From an uncultured Haloferula sp. (lineage in GTDB: Bacteria > Verrucomicrobiota > Verrucomicrobiia > Verrucomicrobiales > Akkermansiaceae): a stretch of 64,000 nucleotides of DNA. Below the pieces are notes generated by a model, which saw only the letters and a list, made by a program, of their open reading frames with translations, did not search any database and had not been told where the DNA came from. Location of the stretch: NCBI GenBank assembly GCA_965652295.1, contig CBFGTS010000003.1, forward strand, positions 128,001-192,000, written 5' to 3'. Positions 9,123 to 22,144 of this stretch are shown here, piece after piece; the first letter of the stretch is position 1, and the number at the start of each line of letters is the position of its first letter. The position numbers and the translations under genes are program-made.

Positions 9123-10562
9123 TTGAAGACCTCGCTTATCACCTTAGCCTACTTTGCCTTCGCCTTGGTGGCAGCGAAGGGACAGCACGTGCCCGTGACC
9201 GCTCCGTCCGAATCGGGAGACGCTCCGCTTCAGGGTGAAGAGGTAGCCATCCTTACCGACGCTCCGAATGTTCCTCCTCCCATCACCCGCGATCACCCGA
9301 GCAAGGTGAAGGTGGAGCTTGAAGTCACCGAGGTGGTTAAGCGCATGGCCGATGGCGTCGATTACACCTTTTGGACGTTCGGCGGCAGCGTGCCAGGCAA
9401 GTTCATCCGCGTACGCCAGAACGACGAGGTCGACTTCACGCTCAAAAACCATCCGTCGAGCAAGATGCCGCATAACATCGACCTCCACGCGGTGACGGGG
9501 CCGGGCGGCGGTGCGAAGGCGACCTTCACCGCACCGGGCTACCAAACGAACTTCTCGTTCAAGGCCGTCAACCCCGGTCTCTACGTCTACCACTGCGCGA
9601 CCGCACCTGTCGGCATGCACATCGCCAACGGGATGTATGGCCTGATCCTCGTCGAACCGAAGGAAGGCCTCCCGCCCATCGACAAGGAGTTCTACGTCGT
9701 CCAAGGCGACTTCTACACCACCGGGAAGTATGGCGAGCGTGGCTTGCAGGGCTTCAGCATGGAAAAGGCCCTTGAGGAGAACCCCGACTATGTGGTTTTC
9801 AACGGCGCGGTCGGCTCCCTTACCGGCGAAAAGGCGCTCAAGGCCTCGAAGGGTGAAACCGTCCGCCTCTACGTCGGGAACGGCGGCCCCAACCTCGTCT
9901 CGTCGTTTCACGTCATCGGCGAAATCTTCGACCGCGTCTACACCGAGGGGGGCAGCCGCGTGCAGGAGAACGTCCAGACGACTCTCATTCCGGCCGGGGG
10001 CGCTACGATCTGTGAATTCAAGCTGGAGACGACGGGTGACTTCATCCTGGTGGATCACTCGATCTTCCGCGCCTTTAACAAGGGGGCGTTGGGCATCCTT
10101 GATGTCAGCGGAGATCCGGACCTGGCAGTGTTCTCGGGACAGAAGAAGGACGAGGTTTACCTTCCAGAAGGCGGAGTGGTGCAGACGATCCCCAGCCACG
10201 GCGAAGCAGCGCCCGCCGCCGCTACCACGGACGAACGCACCGCGGCCGGGAAGATCATTTACGATGCCAACTGTGCGGCCTGCCACCTGCCTACCGGTAC
10301 CGGCGTTCCGAACGCTTTCCCGCCGCTGGCGAAGTCGGATTTCCTCAACGCGGATGTCGACCGCGCCATCGGAGTCGTGCTCAACGGCCTGGAGGGTGAA
10401 GTCACCGTCAACGGCGCGACCTACAACAGCATCATGCCCAAGCTCGGCCTCGATGACGAAGCCGTCGCCAACGTCCTGACCTACGTTTACTCGGAGTGGG
10501 AGAACTCGGGCAAGGAAGTCACCCCGGACCAAGTGGCCAAGGTGCGTGCCGCCCATCCCTGA
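9123..10562 (+). CDS. nirK: Copper-containing nitrite reductase with fused C-terminal cytochrome c
   Basis: [30 protein letters not shown] and VDHS copper motifs; C-terminal CAACH. TTG start at 9123 is inferred because it precedes a signal peptide. Confidence 0.95.
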   Translation: MKTSLITLAYFAFALVAAKGQHVPVTAPSESGDAPLQGEEVAILTDAPNVPPPITRDHPSKVKVELEVTEVVKRMADGVDYTFWTFGGSVPGKFIRVRQNDEVDFTLKNHPSSKMPHNIDLHAVTGPGGGAKATFTAPGYQTNFSFKAVNPGLYVYHCATAPVGMHIANGMYGLILVEPKEGLPPIDKEFYVVQGDFYTTGKYGERGLQGFSMEKALEENPDYVVFNGAVGSLTGEKALKASKGETVRLYVGNGGPNLVSSFHVIGEIFDRVYTEGGSRVQENVQTTLIPAGGATICEFKLETTGDFILVDHSIFRAFNKGALGILDVSGDPDLAVFSGQKKDEVYLPEGGVVQTIPSHGEAAPAAATTDERTAAGKIIYDANCAACHLPTGTGVPNAFPPLAKSDFLNADVDRAIGVVLNGLEGEVTVNGATYNSIMPKLGLDDEAVANVLTYVYSEWENSGKEVTPDQVAKVRAAHP

Positions 10563-10578
10563 GCCTCACTGCCCAACC

Positions 10579-11379
10579 ATGAAATCTGCCGCACTCATTC
10601 TGGTTTGCGCCGCCTGCTTCGCCCGGGAGGACGAAGCGATCGGCGTGCCCGCACCGGAAATGACCCGAATCGAGGGCGGCACCTATGTTCCCATGTTCGG
10701 CGAGCGGGATAAGCCGCGCATCGTCGGCCCTTTCCTGCTCGACCGCCACCCGGTGACCAACGGCGACTTTCTCGCTTTCGTCCGCGAGCACCCCAAATGG
10801 CGCCGCTCGCAAGTCCGCAAGCTGTTCGCCGACGCCGGCTATTTGTCGCACTGGCAGGGCGATCTCGATCCCGGTCCGCTCGCGCCCGTCGACGCCCCCG
10901 TCGTCCGCGTCTCCTGGTTCGCCGCCCGCGCCTACCTGAAGTCGGTAGGAAAGCGCCTGCCTCGCGAGGACGAATGGGAATTTGCCGCGCGCGCCGACAC
11001 CACCCGTGCCGATGCCACCACCGACCCGGATTTCCTTCGCCGGATTCTCGAATGGTATGGCAAGCCGACTCCGGAGACGCTGCCGGCGGCCGACTCGATG
11101 CCCGCCGACATCCACGGCGTCTCGGGCCTCCATGGCCTTGTCTGGGAGTGGGTCGAGGACTTCAACAACCAGATGGTGACCGGTGCCGCCCGCAACGACA
11201 CCTCGCTCGACCGCTCCCTGTTCTGCGCCGGTGGTGCCGCCAATGCCACCGACGCCTCGAACTACGCTGCCTTCATGCGCTACGCTTTCCGTTCCAGCCT
11301 CGAAGGCGCCTTCACCGTCACCAACCTTGGTTTCCGCGGCACCCGCGATCTGCCCCAACCCAATTCCGAGAAACCATGA
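10579..11379 (+). CDS. FGE-sulfatase domain protein (NirV-like)
   Basis: PVTNGDF, PVVRVSWFAA, KRLPREDEWEFAA, GLVWEWV and NLGFR; directly after nirK. Confidence 0.88.
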   Translation: MKSAALILVCAACFAREDEAIGVPAPEMTRIEGGTYVPMFGERDKPRIVGPFLLDRHPVTNGDFLAFVREHPKWRRSQVRKLFADAGYLSHWQGDLDPGPLAPVDAPVVRVSWFAARAYLKSVGKRLPREDEWEFAARADTTRADATTDPDFLRRILEWYGKPTPETLPAADSMPADIHGVSGLHGLVWEWVEDFNNQMVTGAARNDTSLDRSLFCAGGAANATDASNYAAFMRYAFRSSLEGAFTVTNLGFRGTRDLPQPNSEKP

Positions 11380-11987
11380 AATCGATCTTATTCGTTTCCC
11401 TGCTCACGTTCGGCAGCGTCAATGCCGAACCCCCGTGCTGCGCGAAAAAGGAGGCGGCCACCGAACAGAGCGACACCTCCCTCTACCAGCTCACCTCAAA
11501 GTGGACGAACCAGCACAACAAGGAGGTCGTGCTCGCCTCGCTCAAGGGACAACCGGTGCTGGTCACCATGGGCTATGCCAGCTGCCAATATGCCTGCCCT
11601 CGCCTCGTCGCCGACTTCATGGCTATCGAGCGCGCCCTCACCGAGGACGAGCGTGAGCAGGTTGCCTTCGTCTTCGTCTCCATCGACCCCGAGCGCGACA
11701 CGCCGGAGAAACTGAAGGCCTTCCTCGGGAATTACCATGTCGATCAAGAGCGCTGGTCCGCGCTGCGCGGCAGCGAGGACGACATTCTTGAGCTGTCGGT
11801 CGCCTTGGGGAATCGCTTCCGCAAGCTGGAGAACTCGGACTTCGCCCACTCCAACCTCATCACCCTGCTCTCGCCCTCCGGAGAGATCGTCCACGGTCAG
11901 GAGGGGCTCGGCACCGACCCTGTCGGTACGCTTGCCGCTCTCCGCGAATTTCTCAAAACCGCCGTCAGCTGCGACAAACAACCCTGA
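11376..11987 (+). CDS. SCO-family copper chaperone
   Basis: CQYAC (CxxxC), SIDPERDTPE and HSN; ATGA-coupled to the upstream gene. Confidence 0.9.
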   Translation: MKSILFVSLLTFGSVNAEPPCCAKKEAATEQSDTSLYQLTSKWTNQHNKEVVLASLKGQPVLVTMGYASCQYACPRLVADFMAIERALTEDEREQVAFVFVSIDPERDTPEKLKAFLGNYHVDQERWSALRGSEDDILELSVALGNRFRKLENSDFAHSNLITLLSPSGEIVHGQEGLGTDPVGTLAALREFLKTAVSCDKQP

Positions 11988-11989
11988 GC

Positions 11990-13060
11990 ATGGTCGCGCC
12001 ATTCCAGCCCCCGACGGGCGATCCCTTCGCCGAGCGCCCCTTCCTCGTCTTCTGGGAAATCACGCGCGCCTGCGCACTGGCCTGCCGCCACTGCCGCGCC
12101 GAGGCTCAGCCGCGCCGGCATCCCGACGAACTCAATGACAGCGAGGCTTTCGCTCTCGTCGACCAGCTTGGGGAACTCGCGCCACCGATGCTGATCCTCA
12201 CCGGCGGCGACCCGCTGATGCGTCCCGACGTGCTCGATATCGCCCGCCGCAGCACTGCCACCGGTATGCGAGTCGGTCTCAGCCCGTCGGGCACCGCGCG
12301 ACTCGTGAACTTCGATTTCGATGCCATCCGCGAAACCGGCATCGACCGCATTTCACTCAGTCTCGACGGTGCCAGCCGCGAGACCCACGACGCCTTCCGC
12401 GGCCTGAGCGGGACCTACGACCGCACCATCCGCGCCGTCCACCTCGCCCACGACGCCGGTCTTTCCGTCCAGATCAACACCACGCTGACCGCCAGCAATC
12501 TCCACGAATTCGGCGCCTTCCGCGATCTCATGTTCGAGCTTGCACCGGCGATGTGGAGCGTCTTCGTCCTCGTCCCCACCGGCCGCGCCGGTGCCAAGGA
12601 CGTGCCCGATCCCGACCAACTCGAAAGGATCTTCGAGGAAATGGCCGACCTCGTCGGCAACGCTCCCTTCGCGGTCAAGACCACCGAGGGTCACCACTTC
12701 CGCCGCATCCTCGCCCAGCGCGGCATGGGGGGCCCCAAAGGCCGGCCCGGCATGCGTTCGCCACTCGGCATCCGCGACGGCCGCGGCATCATGTTCATCT
12801 CCCACACCGGCGTGGTCAGCCCCAGCGGCTTCCTGCCGATCGACTGCGGCAACGTCCGGGACCGCCACCCGGCCGACATCTACCGCCACCATCCCCTGTT
12901 TGTCAGTCTGCGCGATTCCGACGCTCTCGGCGGCAAGTGCGGCCAGTGCGAGTTCCGCAAAATCTGCGGAGGCTCGCGCGCCCGCGCATACGGCCTCACC
13001 GGCGATCCTTTCGCGGCCGATCCCTCCTGCTCCTACCAACCCGCACTCGCAATCCCATGA
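11990..13060 (+). CDS. Radical SAM/SPASM protein, AhbD/NirJ-related (TIGR04053-like)
   Basis: WEITRACALACRHCRAEA, LTGGDPL and C-terminal GKCGQCEFRKICGGSRARAY...DPSC. Confidence 0.85.
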   Translation: MVAPFQPPTGDPFAERPFLVFWEITRACALACRHCRAEAQPRRHPDELNDSEAFALVDQLGELAPPMLILTGGDPLMRPDVLDIARRSTATGMRVGLSPSGTARLVNFDFDAIRETGIDRISLSLDGASRETHDAFRGLSGTYDRTIRAVHLAHDAGLSVQINTTLTASNLHEFGAFRDLMFELAPAMWSVFVLVPTGRAGAKDVPDPDQLERIFEEMADLVGNAPFAVKTTEGHHFRRILAQRGMGGPKGRPGMRSPLGIRDGRGIMFISHTGVVSPSGFLPIDCGNVRDRHPADIYRHHPLFVSLRDSDALGGKCGQCEFRKICGGSRARAYGLTGDPFAADPSCSYQPALAIP

Positions 13061-14268
13061 TCAACCTGACCCGCCTCTGGACCGGTGTCGCGCAACCCGC
13101 CGACGATCTTCGCTACGGTACCGCCCGTACTTCCGGGCCCGACTCCCGCTCACGCAAGCCGATCGTTGTCTGGAACATTACCCGTACCTGCAACCTGCGC
13201 TGCGTTCACTGCTACTCCGACTCGATGGCCATGCGCTACCCCGGCGAACTCGACTGGAAGCAGATGCAGGCCGTCGTCGCCGACCTCGCCGCCTACCGCA
13301 TCCCCTCGCTCCTCTTCTCCGGCGGCGAGCCGCTCATCCACCCGCGCTTCTTCGATCTCGTCGAAACTGCGACCGAAGCCGGGCTCAAGCTGACCATCTC
13401 CACCAATGGCACCCTCATCGATGCGGAAAAGGCCGCTCGCCTGAAGGCTGCCAACGTCGCCTACGTCGGCATCTCGCTCGACGGCATCGGTGCGATCCAC
13501 GACGAGTTCCGCGGCAAGGAGGGTGCCTTCAAAGCCGCCGTGCACGGCTTCCGCCACTGCGAGGAGGTCGGCCAGAAGACCGGCCTGCGCATGACTCTCA
13601 CCCGTCACAACGTCGCCAACCTCGAACGCATCCTCGACTTCATCGAGGAGCAGAACATCCAGCGCACCTGCTTTTACCACCTCGTCCCCGCCGGCCGGGG
13701 CAGCGAGTTGCAAGTACTAGACCCTTCGGAGTCGCGCCGGGCCTTGGACACCCTGATCGCCCGCGTCGAACGCTGGAGGGACCGTGGCATCGACCGCGAG
13801 GTGCTCACCGTCACTCAACCCGCCGACGGTGCCTACCTGCTGCATCGCATGGAGCGCGAGAACCACCCGCAGCTCGACCAAGCCCGCCAGCTCCTTAGGT
13901 GGAACGGGGGCGGTGCCAACAGCTCCGGTCGCGCCGTGGCCAACATCGACACGCAGGGCGATGTCCACCCGGACCAATTCTGGCAAAACATGCAACTCGG
14001 CAACGTCAAGACCACACCCTTTTCCGAAATCTGGGAAGGCAGGTATTCCCCCAGCGCTCCCTTGCTCGAGGAGATCCGCTCGGTCGGCCTGCTCGACGAA
14101 CGCAGCCGTCAGGCCCTCATGCACGGCAAATGTGCCAGCTGCCGCTGGTTCAACATCTGCGGCGGCGGCTTCCGCACCCGCGCCGCCTTCGCCAACGGCG
14201 ACCTCTGGGGCAGCGATCCCGCCTGCTACCTCACCGAGGAAGAAACCGGAGCTGCCCTCGTCTGCTGA
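13057..14268 (+). CDS. ahbC: Radical SAM/SPASM protein, AhbC/NirJ1-like (Fe-coproporphyrin synthase family)
   Basis: D.LRYG, PIVVWNITRTCNLRCVHCYS, FYHLVPAGRG, WNGG..NSSG and VHPDQFW. Confidence 0.8.
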   Translation: MINLTRLWTGVAQPADDLRYGTARTSGPDSRSRKPIVVWNITRTCNLRCVHCYSDSMAMRYPGELDWKQMQAVVADLAAYRIPSLLFSGGEPLIHPRFFDLVETATEAGLKLTISTNGTLIDAEKAARLKAANVAYVGISLDGIGAIHDEFRGKEGAFKAAVHGFRHCEEVGQKTGLRMTLTRHNVANLERILDFIEEQNIQRTCFYHLVPAGRGSELQVLDPSESRRALDTLIARVERWRDRGIDREVLTVTQPADGAYLLHRMERENHPQLDQARQLLRWNGGGANSSGRAVANIDTQGDVHPDQFWQNMQLGNVKTTPFSEIWEGRYSPSAPLLEEIRSVGLLDERSRQALMHGKCASCRWFNICGGGFRTRAAFANGDLWGSDPACYLTEEETGAALVC

Positions 14269-14329
14269 CCTGCAGTGGCTGCTCCGGCCCGGAGCAGGCC
14301 GTGGTTGAAGCGGGCCGCCGCATCAAATC

Positions 14330-15595
14330 ATGAATGCCATCATCCGCCAACTCACCCGCCTCACCGAAGAACCCTTCCGCCTGTTCTTCCCCCTCGGCGT
14401 GCTCGCCTCGGTCATCGGTGTCATGCTGTGGCCGGCGATCTTCCGGGGTTGGATCGGGTACTACCCTCTCGAAGCCCACGCCCGTTGGATGGTCCTCGGT
14501 TTCGGCGGTTCGCTGATCGTCGGATTCCTCGGCACCGCCGGGCCGCGCCTGCTTGGCACCCGGCCGTTCTTCCGTTGGGAATTTCTCGTCCACCTCGCCC
14601 TCGCGCTGGCGATGATGATCGCCCTCGGGTTCAACCGCATCGCCAGCGCCGACCTGCTGACGGGCATCTGGCTCATTGGCGTGCTCGCCAGCCTGCTCGG
14701 GCGTTTCCTCTTCGCCCGCCGCGACGTCCCGCCGCCCGGCCTGCCGCTCGCCGTGCTCGGCCTCGGCGGTGCGGCCACCGCCGGTCTCGTCTTTGGTACC
14801 GGCCTTTCGACGTCTCTCTTCGTCCATCAGTTCCTCCGCCTGCTCTATTTCCAGGGGTTCCTTTGGTTGCCCATCCTCGGCGTCGCGCCCTACCTGCTGC
14901 CACGCTTTTTCGGAAGACGTTCGCTCCATTCGTTTGAGGAGAGTCTCTCTCTCCCCGCCGGCTGGAGGCGCCCCTTCCTCGAATCCCTCGCCGCGGGTCT
15001 TCTTCTCCTCGCCAGCTTTGCCCTCGAAGCGTGGGGCCACGGCCGCACCGGTCACGTGCTTCGCGCCGCGGTGGTGACGGTTCACCTCGCCCGCTCTGTC
15101 CCCGGACTATTCGCCTGGAGCAAAGTGAACGGCCTCGGACTCGCTCTGCGCTGGGTTGTCCCCTGCGCAGCTGGCGGCTGGTTGCTCGCCGCATGGTTCC
15201 AGCCGCTGCGCATTGGCATGCTCCACCTGATGTTCATCGGTGGAGCCGGCCTGCTGATGCTCGCCGCTGCTACTCGCGTAATCCTTGGCCACAATGACCG
15301 CCACGACCGCCTCACCTCGCCGCTACGCTGGTTCCACGCGCTGTGGGCCCTCGTTCTATTCACCGCGGCCACCCGCTTGACTTCGGACTTCGTTCTCAAA
15401 GTCCGTATCTCGCACTTCATCTATGCGGCGCTGTTGTGGGTGCTCATCACAGCCTTCTGGAGTTGGAAACTCCGCCTCGAGCGTAAGCTCCCGCTTTATG
15501 AGGAAGGCGTCATCCAGAGCCGCTGCCCGCGGCGGCGAAAGTCTCTCAACCGCAATCAGGTCAACCGCTCCGGAAATGCGACGCCAGGCTGCTGA
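14330..15595 (+). CDS. nnrS: NnrS-family membrane protein
   Basis: EPFRLFFP, GFLGTAGP, HLMFIGG and TRVILGH; many TM helices. Confidence 0.85.
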   Translation: MNAIIRQLTRLTEEPFRLFFPLGVLASVIGVMLWPAIFRGWIGYYPLEAHARWMVLGFGGSLIVGFLGTAGPRLLGTRPFFRWEFLVHLALALAMMIALGFNRIASADLLTGIWLIGVLASLLGRFLFARRDVPPPGLPLAVLGLGGAATAGLVFGTGLSTSLFVHQFLRLLYFQGFLWLPILGVAPYLLPRFFGRRSLHSFEESLSLPAGWRRPFLESLAAGLLLLASFALEAWGHGRTGHVLRAAVVTVHLARSVPGLFAWSKVNGLGLALRWVVPCAAGGWLLAAWFQPLRIGMLHLMFIGGAGLLMLAAATRVILGHNDRHDRLTSPLRWFHALWALVLFTAATRLTSDFVLKVRISHFIYAALLWVLITAFWSWKLRLERKLPLYEEGVIQSRCPRRRKSLNRNQVNRSGNATPGC

Positions 15596-15647
15596 GTTTC
15601 CAGCCAAATTCTAGGCGCAATCTTCGGAAGGAGGCGGGAACTCGCCC

Positions 15648-16094
15648 TCATCTCATCAACCACCCGGTCCGGAACGAGACGCCGACCACCACGAAGAGCA
15701 CCGACACGATGGTTACCGGCACGATGTGCCAGGCGAGAGCACGCAGATTGTGTTCGTCCAGCTTCGGGATGATCCGCAGCCGCGCGTCGACCGCCAGCCC
15801 CACGGTAACCGCCAACAGACTCAGTTTGATCGCGACCAATCGCCCCAGAGGGTGGCTCCAGTCAAACCACAGCGTCGGATCCGGCACCAGTCGATGGGCC
15901 AACCACAGCCCGGTCGCTACCTGCACGATCAACGCGGGAATGCCGATGCGCTCGTAGCGGGACTCGAAACGGCAGATCGACTCGGGATCCCGGTCCCGTA
16001 GCGCCCGGGGGAGAATCGCCGTAGCCAGGACAAGATGTCCACCGGTCCAAACCGTGGCGCCGAGGAGATGAAGCAGCAGGATGACTCCGAACAT
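15648..16094 (-). CDS. CopD-like small membrane protein
   Basis: LLHLLGATVWTGG, four TM helices, conserved histidines. Confidence 0.8.
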   Translation of the reverse strand: MFGVILLLHLLGATVWTGGHLVLATAILPRALRDRDPESICRFESRYERIGIPALIVQVATGLWLAHRLVPDPTLWFDWSHPLGRLVAIKLSLLAVTVGLAVDARLRIIPKLDEHNLRALAWHIVPVTIVSVLFVVVGVSFRTGWLMR

Positions 16095-16183
16095 CTGGAC
16101 TCAAGGTTGGCTCTGATGACGAAAGAGGGCCGGGAGCGCCCACCAACCAGAGAGCGTCCCGACCCTGCTCCAATCTGCAATCG

Positions 16184-16867
16184 TCAGCCTTCTCCCAGTT
16201 TCCGTGCTGCGGGGAAGAGCACCGAGTTCTCCAGGTGGATATGCCGATGGAGGTCCTCCTCCAGCTCAGCGAGTCCCGCAAACAGAGCCCGGTAGGTGTT
16301 GCAAGCCTCCGCCGGCGGCGTGAAGCCAGCGGTAAGCTCCCGCATCCTGGCCAAGGCTGCACCGGCCTCGTCGTGCTCTTCTAACATCGTCGCGATGGCC
16401 CCGTCGAGCGGGATTCCCGCCGTTCCCCCCGAGGCCATCGCTTTGATCGCCGGAAAAAGCACCTCCTCCTCCTTCATCATGTGGTGCGCGAGCTCGAACA
16501 TCATCCCTTCATAGACCTCAAGCACCTCAACCAGCGACGGCGTGTGCGGTCCGTGAACCTGAGCCACCCGCTGTGCCATCATGTGGATGCGCGGCAGCTC
16601 GTCGCGCAGAAAACGATGGTGGGTTGACACGATGTGATCGACCATCTCGCCCGGAGGGAAGGTCGCCGGATTCACGTCGGGAGCGGGCTTGTCGCGGAGC
16701 TCCGCCTCAAGCTGCTCGACCACGGCTTCGGCACTCACCTGTCTACGCTCGCAGGCCTCTCGAAGGGTGCGTCCGCCCTGGCAGCAGAAGTCGATCCCAT
16801 AGGCCTGGAAAATCCGCGACTGAGAAGGACGCTCGGCGACGATTTCGCCTACCGTCCGATCCAGCAT
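16184..16867 (-). CDS. ric: Iron-sulfur cluster repair di-iron protein (Ric/YtfE/ScdA)
   Basis: IDFCCQG, THH, HMMKEE.VLFP, EHDEAG and HIHLENSVLFP; alternative start at 16909. Confidence 0.93.
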   Translation of the reverse strand: MLDRTVGEIVAERPSQSRIFQAYGIDFCCQGGRTLREACERRQVSAEAVVEQLEAELRDKPAPDVNPATFPPGEMVDHIVSTHHRFLRDELPRIHMMAQRVAQVHGPHTPSLVEVLEVYEGMMFELAHHMMKEEEVLFPAIKAMASGGTAGIPLDGAIATMLEEHDEAGAALARMRELTAGFTPPAEACNTYRALFAGLAELEEDLHRHIHLENSVLFPAARKLGEG

Positions 16868-16947
16868 CGGCGTGCCCGGCGGTGAAAATACAACGGTTGA
16901 ATGACTCATAACGCAGCAACAATTCACCGCTCCGCAGCCCATTTCAA

Positions 16948-16973
16948 GATTTAAAGAAATTTATTTCCTTTTC
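16948..16973 (+). promoter_or_regulatory. 26-bp operator-like motif in the ric/nrdJ divergent promoter
   Basis: GATTTAAAGAAATTTATTTCCTTTTC, identical to 22023-22048. Confidence 0.75.
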
Positions 16974-17021
16974 AGCACGCCTCTCCTACTTAAGGAGTCG
17001 TCCACCGCCAGTTGCCCATCC

Positions 17022-20027
<3,006 letters not shown>

Positions 20028-20060
20028 TGATTCTTCCCTTCTACAATTTTTCTTTCAGCC

Positions 20061-21488
20061 ATGACGTCCCCATTTCCCATCGATCGACCGCTACCTGAAA
20101 TCATTCAAGGTGGTATGGGCGTCGGAGTTTCCAGCTGGCAGCTCGCACGCGCGGTATCATCCGCAGGACAGCTGGGCGTCGTTTCGGGAACCATGATCGA
20201 CGTCGTCGTAGCCCGAACGCTTCAGCTCGGCGATCCCGGCGGTCACCTTCGTCGTGCTCTCGGGAATTTTCCAGACCAAGCCGCAGCTTCGCGTTTCTTG
20301 AAGCGCTACTTCATTGAAGGAGGTAGGGGCAAGGACACACCATATCGTCCGGTGCCAATGGCTTCATTGCCACCCTCCAGAGCCTTCCTCGAATTTTCCA
20401 TCCTTGCCTGCTTCGCCACAGTCTGGCTTGCGAAAGAAGGACACGAAGGCAGCGTGGGAATCAATCTGCTGGAGAAGAGTCAAATCCCCACGCTTCCTGC
20501 CCTCTACGGGGCCATGCTGGCCGACGTCGACTACGTTCTTATGGGAGCCGGCATCCCGCGTCAGATTCCGGGTGTTCTGGATCGCTTGTCGGAGAACCAG
20601 CCAGCAGAACTCCGCATCGACGTCACCGGTGCGACGGAACCGGTTTCTCTTGAGTTTGATCCTCACCAGATCTGCGATACGCCCGTTTCAAGACTAAAGC
20701 GCCCCTCATTTCTAGCAGTCGTATCCTCAGCGGTGCTCGCGAAGTCTCTGAAACGCAAGGCAACCGGAACGGTTGATGGATTCGTGATCGAGCTTCCCTC
20801 AGCCGGAGGGCACAACGCCCCTCCCCGAGGCGGCATCGCACTGAGCAACAACGGCGAGCCGCTCTATGGCCCGCGTGATGTAATTGACATGTCCGATATT
20901 CGGGAGATCGGCCTCCCCTTCTGGCTTGCCGGTGGCTACGGAAGGATCGGAGGATTGCGCGAAGCTCAAGCTGCCGGTGCCGTGGGCATTCAGGTCGGCA
21001 CTGCCTTTGCCCTCTGCGACGAATCTGGTTTCGATCCTATGCTCAAGATGCGGATGATCACGGCTATCCGCGCGGGAAATTTGAAAATCTTTACCGATCC
21101 CCTCGCATCTCCCACCGGTTTTCCTTTCAAGATCGCCTCCCTCTCCCAAACGCTCTCGGAGACTGATGTCTACCAATCACGTCAACGGATATGTGACATC
21201 GGTGTCCTTCGCGAGCCGTTCATGAAACCCGACGGCAGCATCGGCTTCCGCTGCTCCGCCGAGCCGGTGGACGCCTACGTCGCGAAAGGAGGCGACGTAA
21301 ACCGAACCATCGGTGCCAAGTGTCTCTGCAACTCACTCGGCGCAGCGATCGGCCTCGGCCAAATCCGATCCGGAGGTAGCAGCGAGGCCGCGCTGATCAC
21401 CTTAGGTGACGAGATTGCAGCTCTTCGGCCTCTTCTTTCATCCGACTCCGTTTCCGCGGAGAACGTGCTTAGCCGTCTCTTAAGTTGA
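20061..21488 (+). CDS. Nitronate monooxygenase-family flavoprotein
   Basis: IIQGGMGVGVS, AGGHNA, LAGG and IQVGTAF. Confidence 0.88.
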   Translation: MTSPFPIDRPLPEIIQGGMGVGVSSWQLARAVSSAGQLGVVSGTMIDVVVARTLQLGDPGGHLRRALGNFPDQAAASRFLKRYFIEGGRGKDTPYRPVPMASLPPSRAFLEFSILACFATVWLAKEGHEGSVGINLLEKSQIPTLPALYGAMLADVDYVLMGAGIPRQIPGVLDRLSENQPAELRIDVTGATEPVSLEFDPHQICDTPVSRLKRPSFLAVVSSAVLAKSLKRKATGTVDGFVIELPSAGGHNAPPRGGIALSNNGEPLYGPRDVIDMSDIREIGLPFWLAGGYGRIGGLREAQAAGAVGIQVGTAFALCDESGFDPMLKMRMITAIRAGNLKIFTDPLASPTGFPFKIASLSQTLSETDVYQSRQRICDIGVLREPFMKPDGSIGFRCSAEPVDAYVAKGGDVNRTIGAKCLCNSLGAAIGLGQIRSGGSSEAALITLGDEIAALRPLLSSDSVSAENVLSRLLS

Positions 21489-21756
21489 CCGGATCGATCG
21501 GGGCGACCAGACGCGCGAGGGACTCCAGACCCTCGATCCCCCAAGAGGGCTTTTCGCAACGAAGCATCTCCCCACATTGCATCGCGGCGGACGCCGACGC
21601 CTCTCTCCGTCTCGCCGAGATCATCGTTCAAGCTAACGCGCCTGGTTCGAAGCATTGCGTTGATGCCGCCCCCATCCAGCACACTATCGCACGCAAGATG
21701 GAGGCCGCCTTCCGACGCCGTACGGTGACGAGGTGCGCGACCGCCGGCGAGTCGAT

Positions 21757-21915
21757 ATGGAGAGCTTCGGCTTCGCGCGCGTCGGACACGCCCTGACCTT
21801 CGAGCGACGCTGACTGGTCGCCGCCGCCTGCTGGTCGAGCTGCTTCGCCACCTACGCCGTGCGCTATCGCAAGACCCTCACCCGCCCCGGTGCCGATGGT
21901 GAAATCGGTTGCTGA
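21757..21915 (+). pseudogene. Remnant of a second NnrS C-terminus
   Basis: ARVGHALTFERR*LVAAACWSSCFATYAVRYRKTLTRPGADG, resembling the W...F..Y...Y..L.RP..DG tail of NnrS; in-frame TGA at 21811. Confidence 0.5.
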
Positions 21916-22022
21916 GCGGATGCCCGCAGTTGGCGTCCAGATGACACGCTCGAATTCCGCAACGGCTTAGACGATGCGGCAGCGAAGGAGCCCTGGGACA
22001 ATTCGAGGAGCCCCCCTATTCG

Positions 22023-22048
22023 GATTTAAAGAAATTTATTTCCTTTTC
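22023..22048 (+). promoter_or_regulatory. 26-bp operator-like motif upstream of norC
   Basis: Exact copy of 16948-16973, about 97 bp before the norC ATG. Confidence 0.75.
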
Positions 22049-22144
22049 GCAAAAGGCCGGATACAAGCGCCCCCGTCAGGCACCACGCTTCGATCTTCCC
22101 AGGTCCAAGAATCTGACAGATTCCCAACTCGATCCATCACGACG

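Noticed and set aside
9144..10556. Long antisense ORFs, also 25003-26688, 28314-29594, 39651-42029, 54315-55667, 58697-59953 and 60190-61473
   Set aside because: These are shadow frames of well-supported genes, expected in high-GC DNA, and carry no motifs of their own.
11990..14268. Heme d1 biosynthesis (nirJ) cluster
   Set aside because: No nirS, nirF, nirE or nirDLGH in the window; the nitrite reductase is the copper type.
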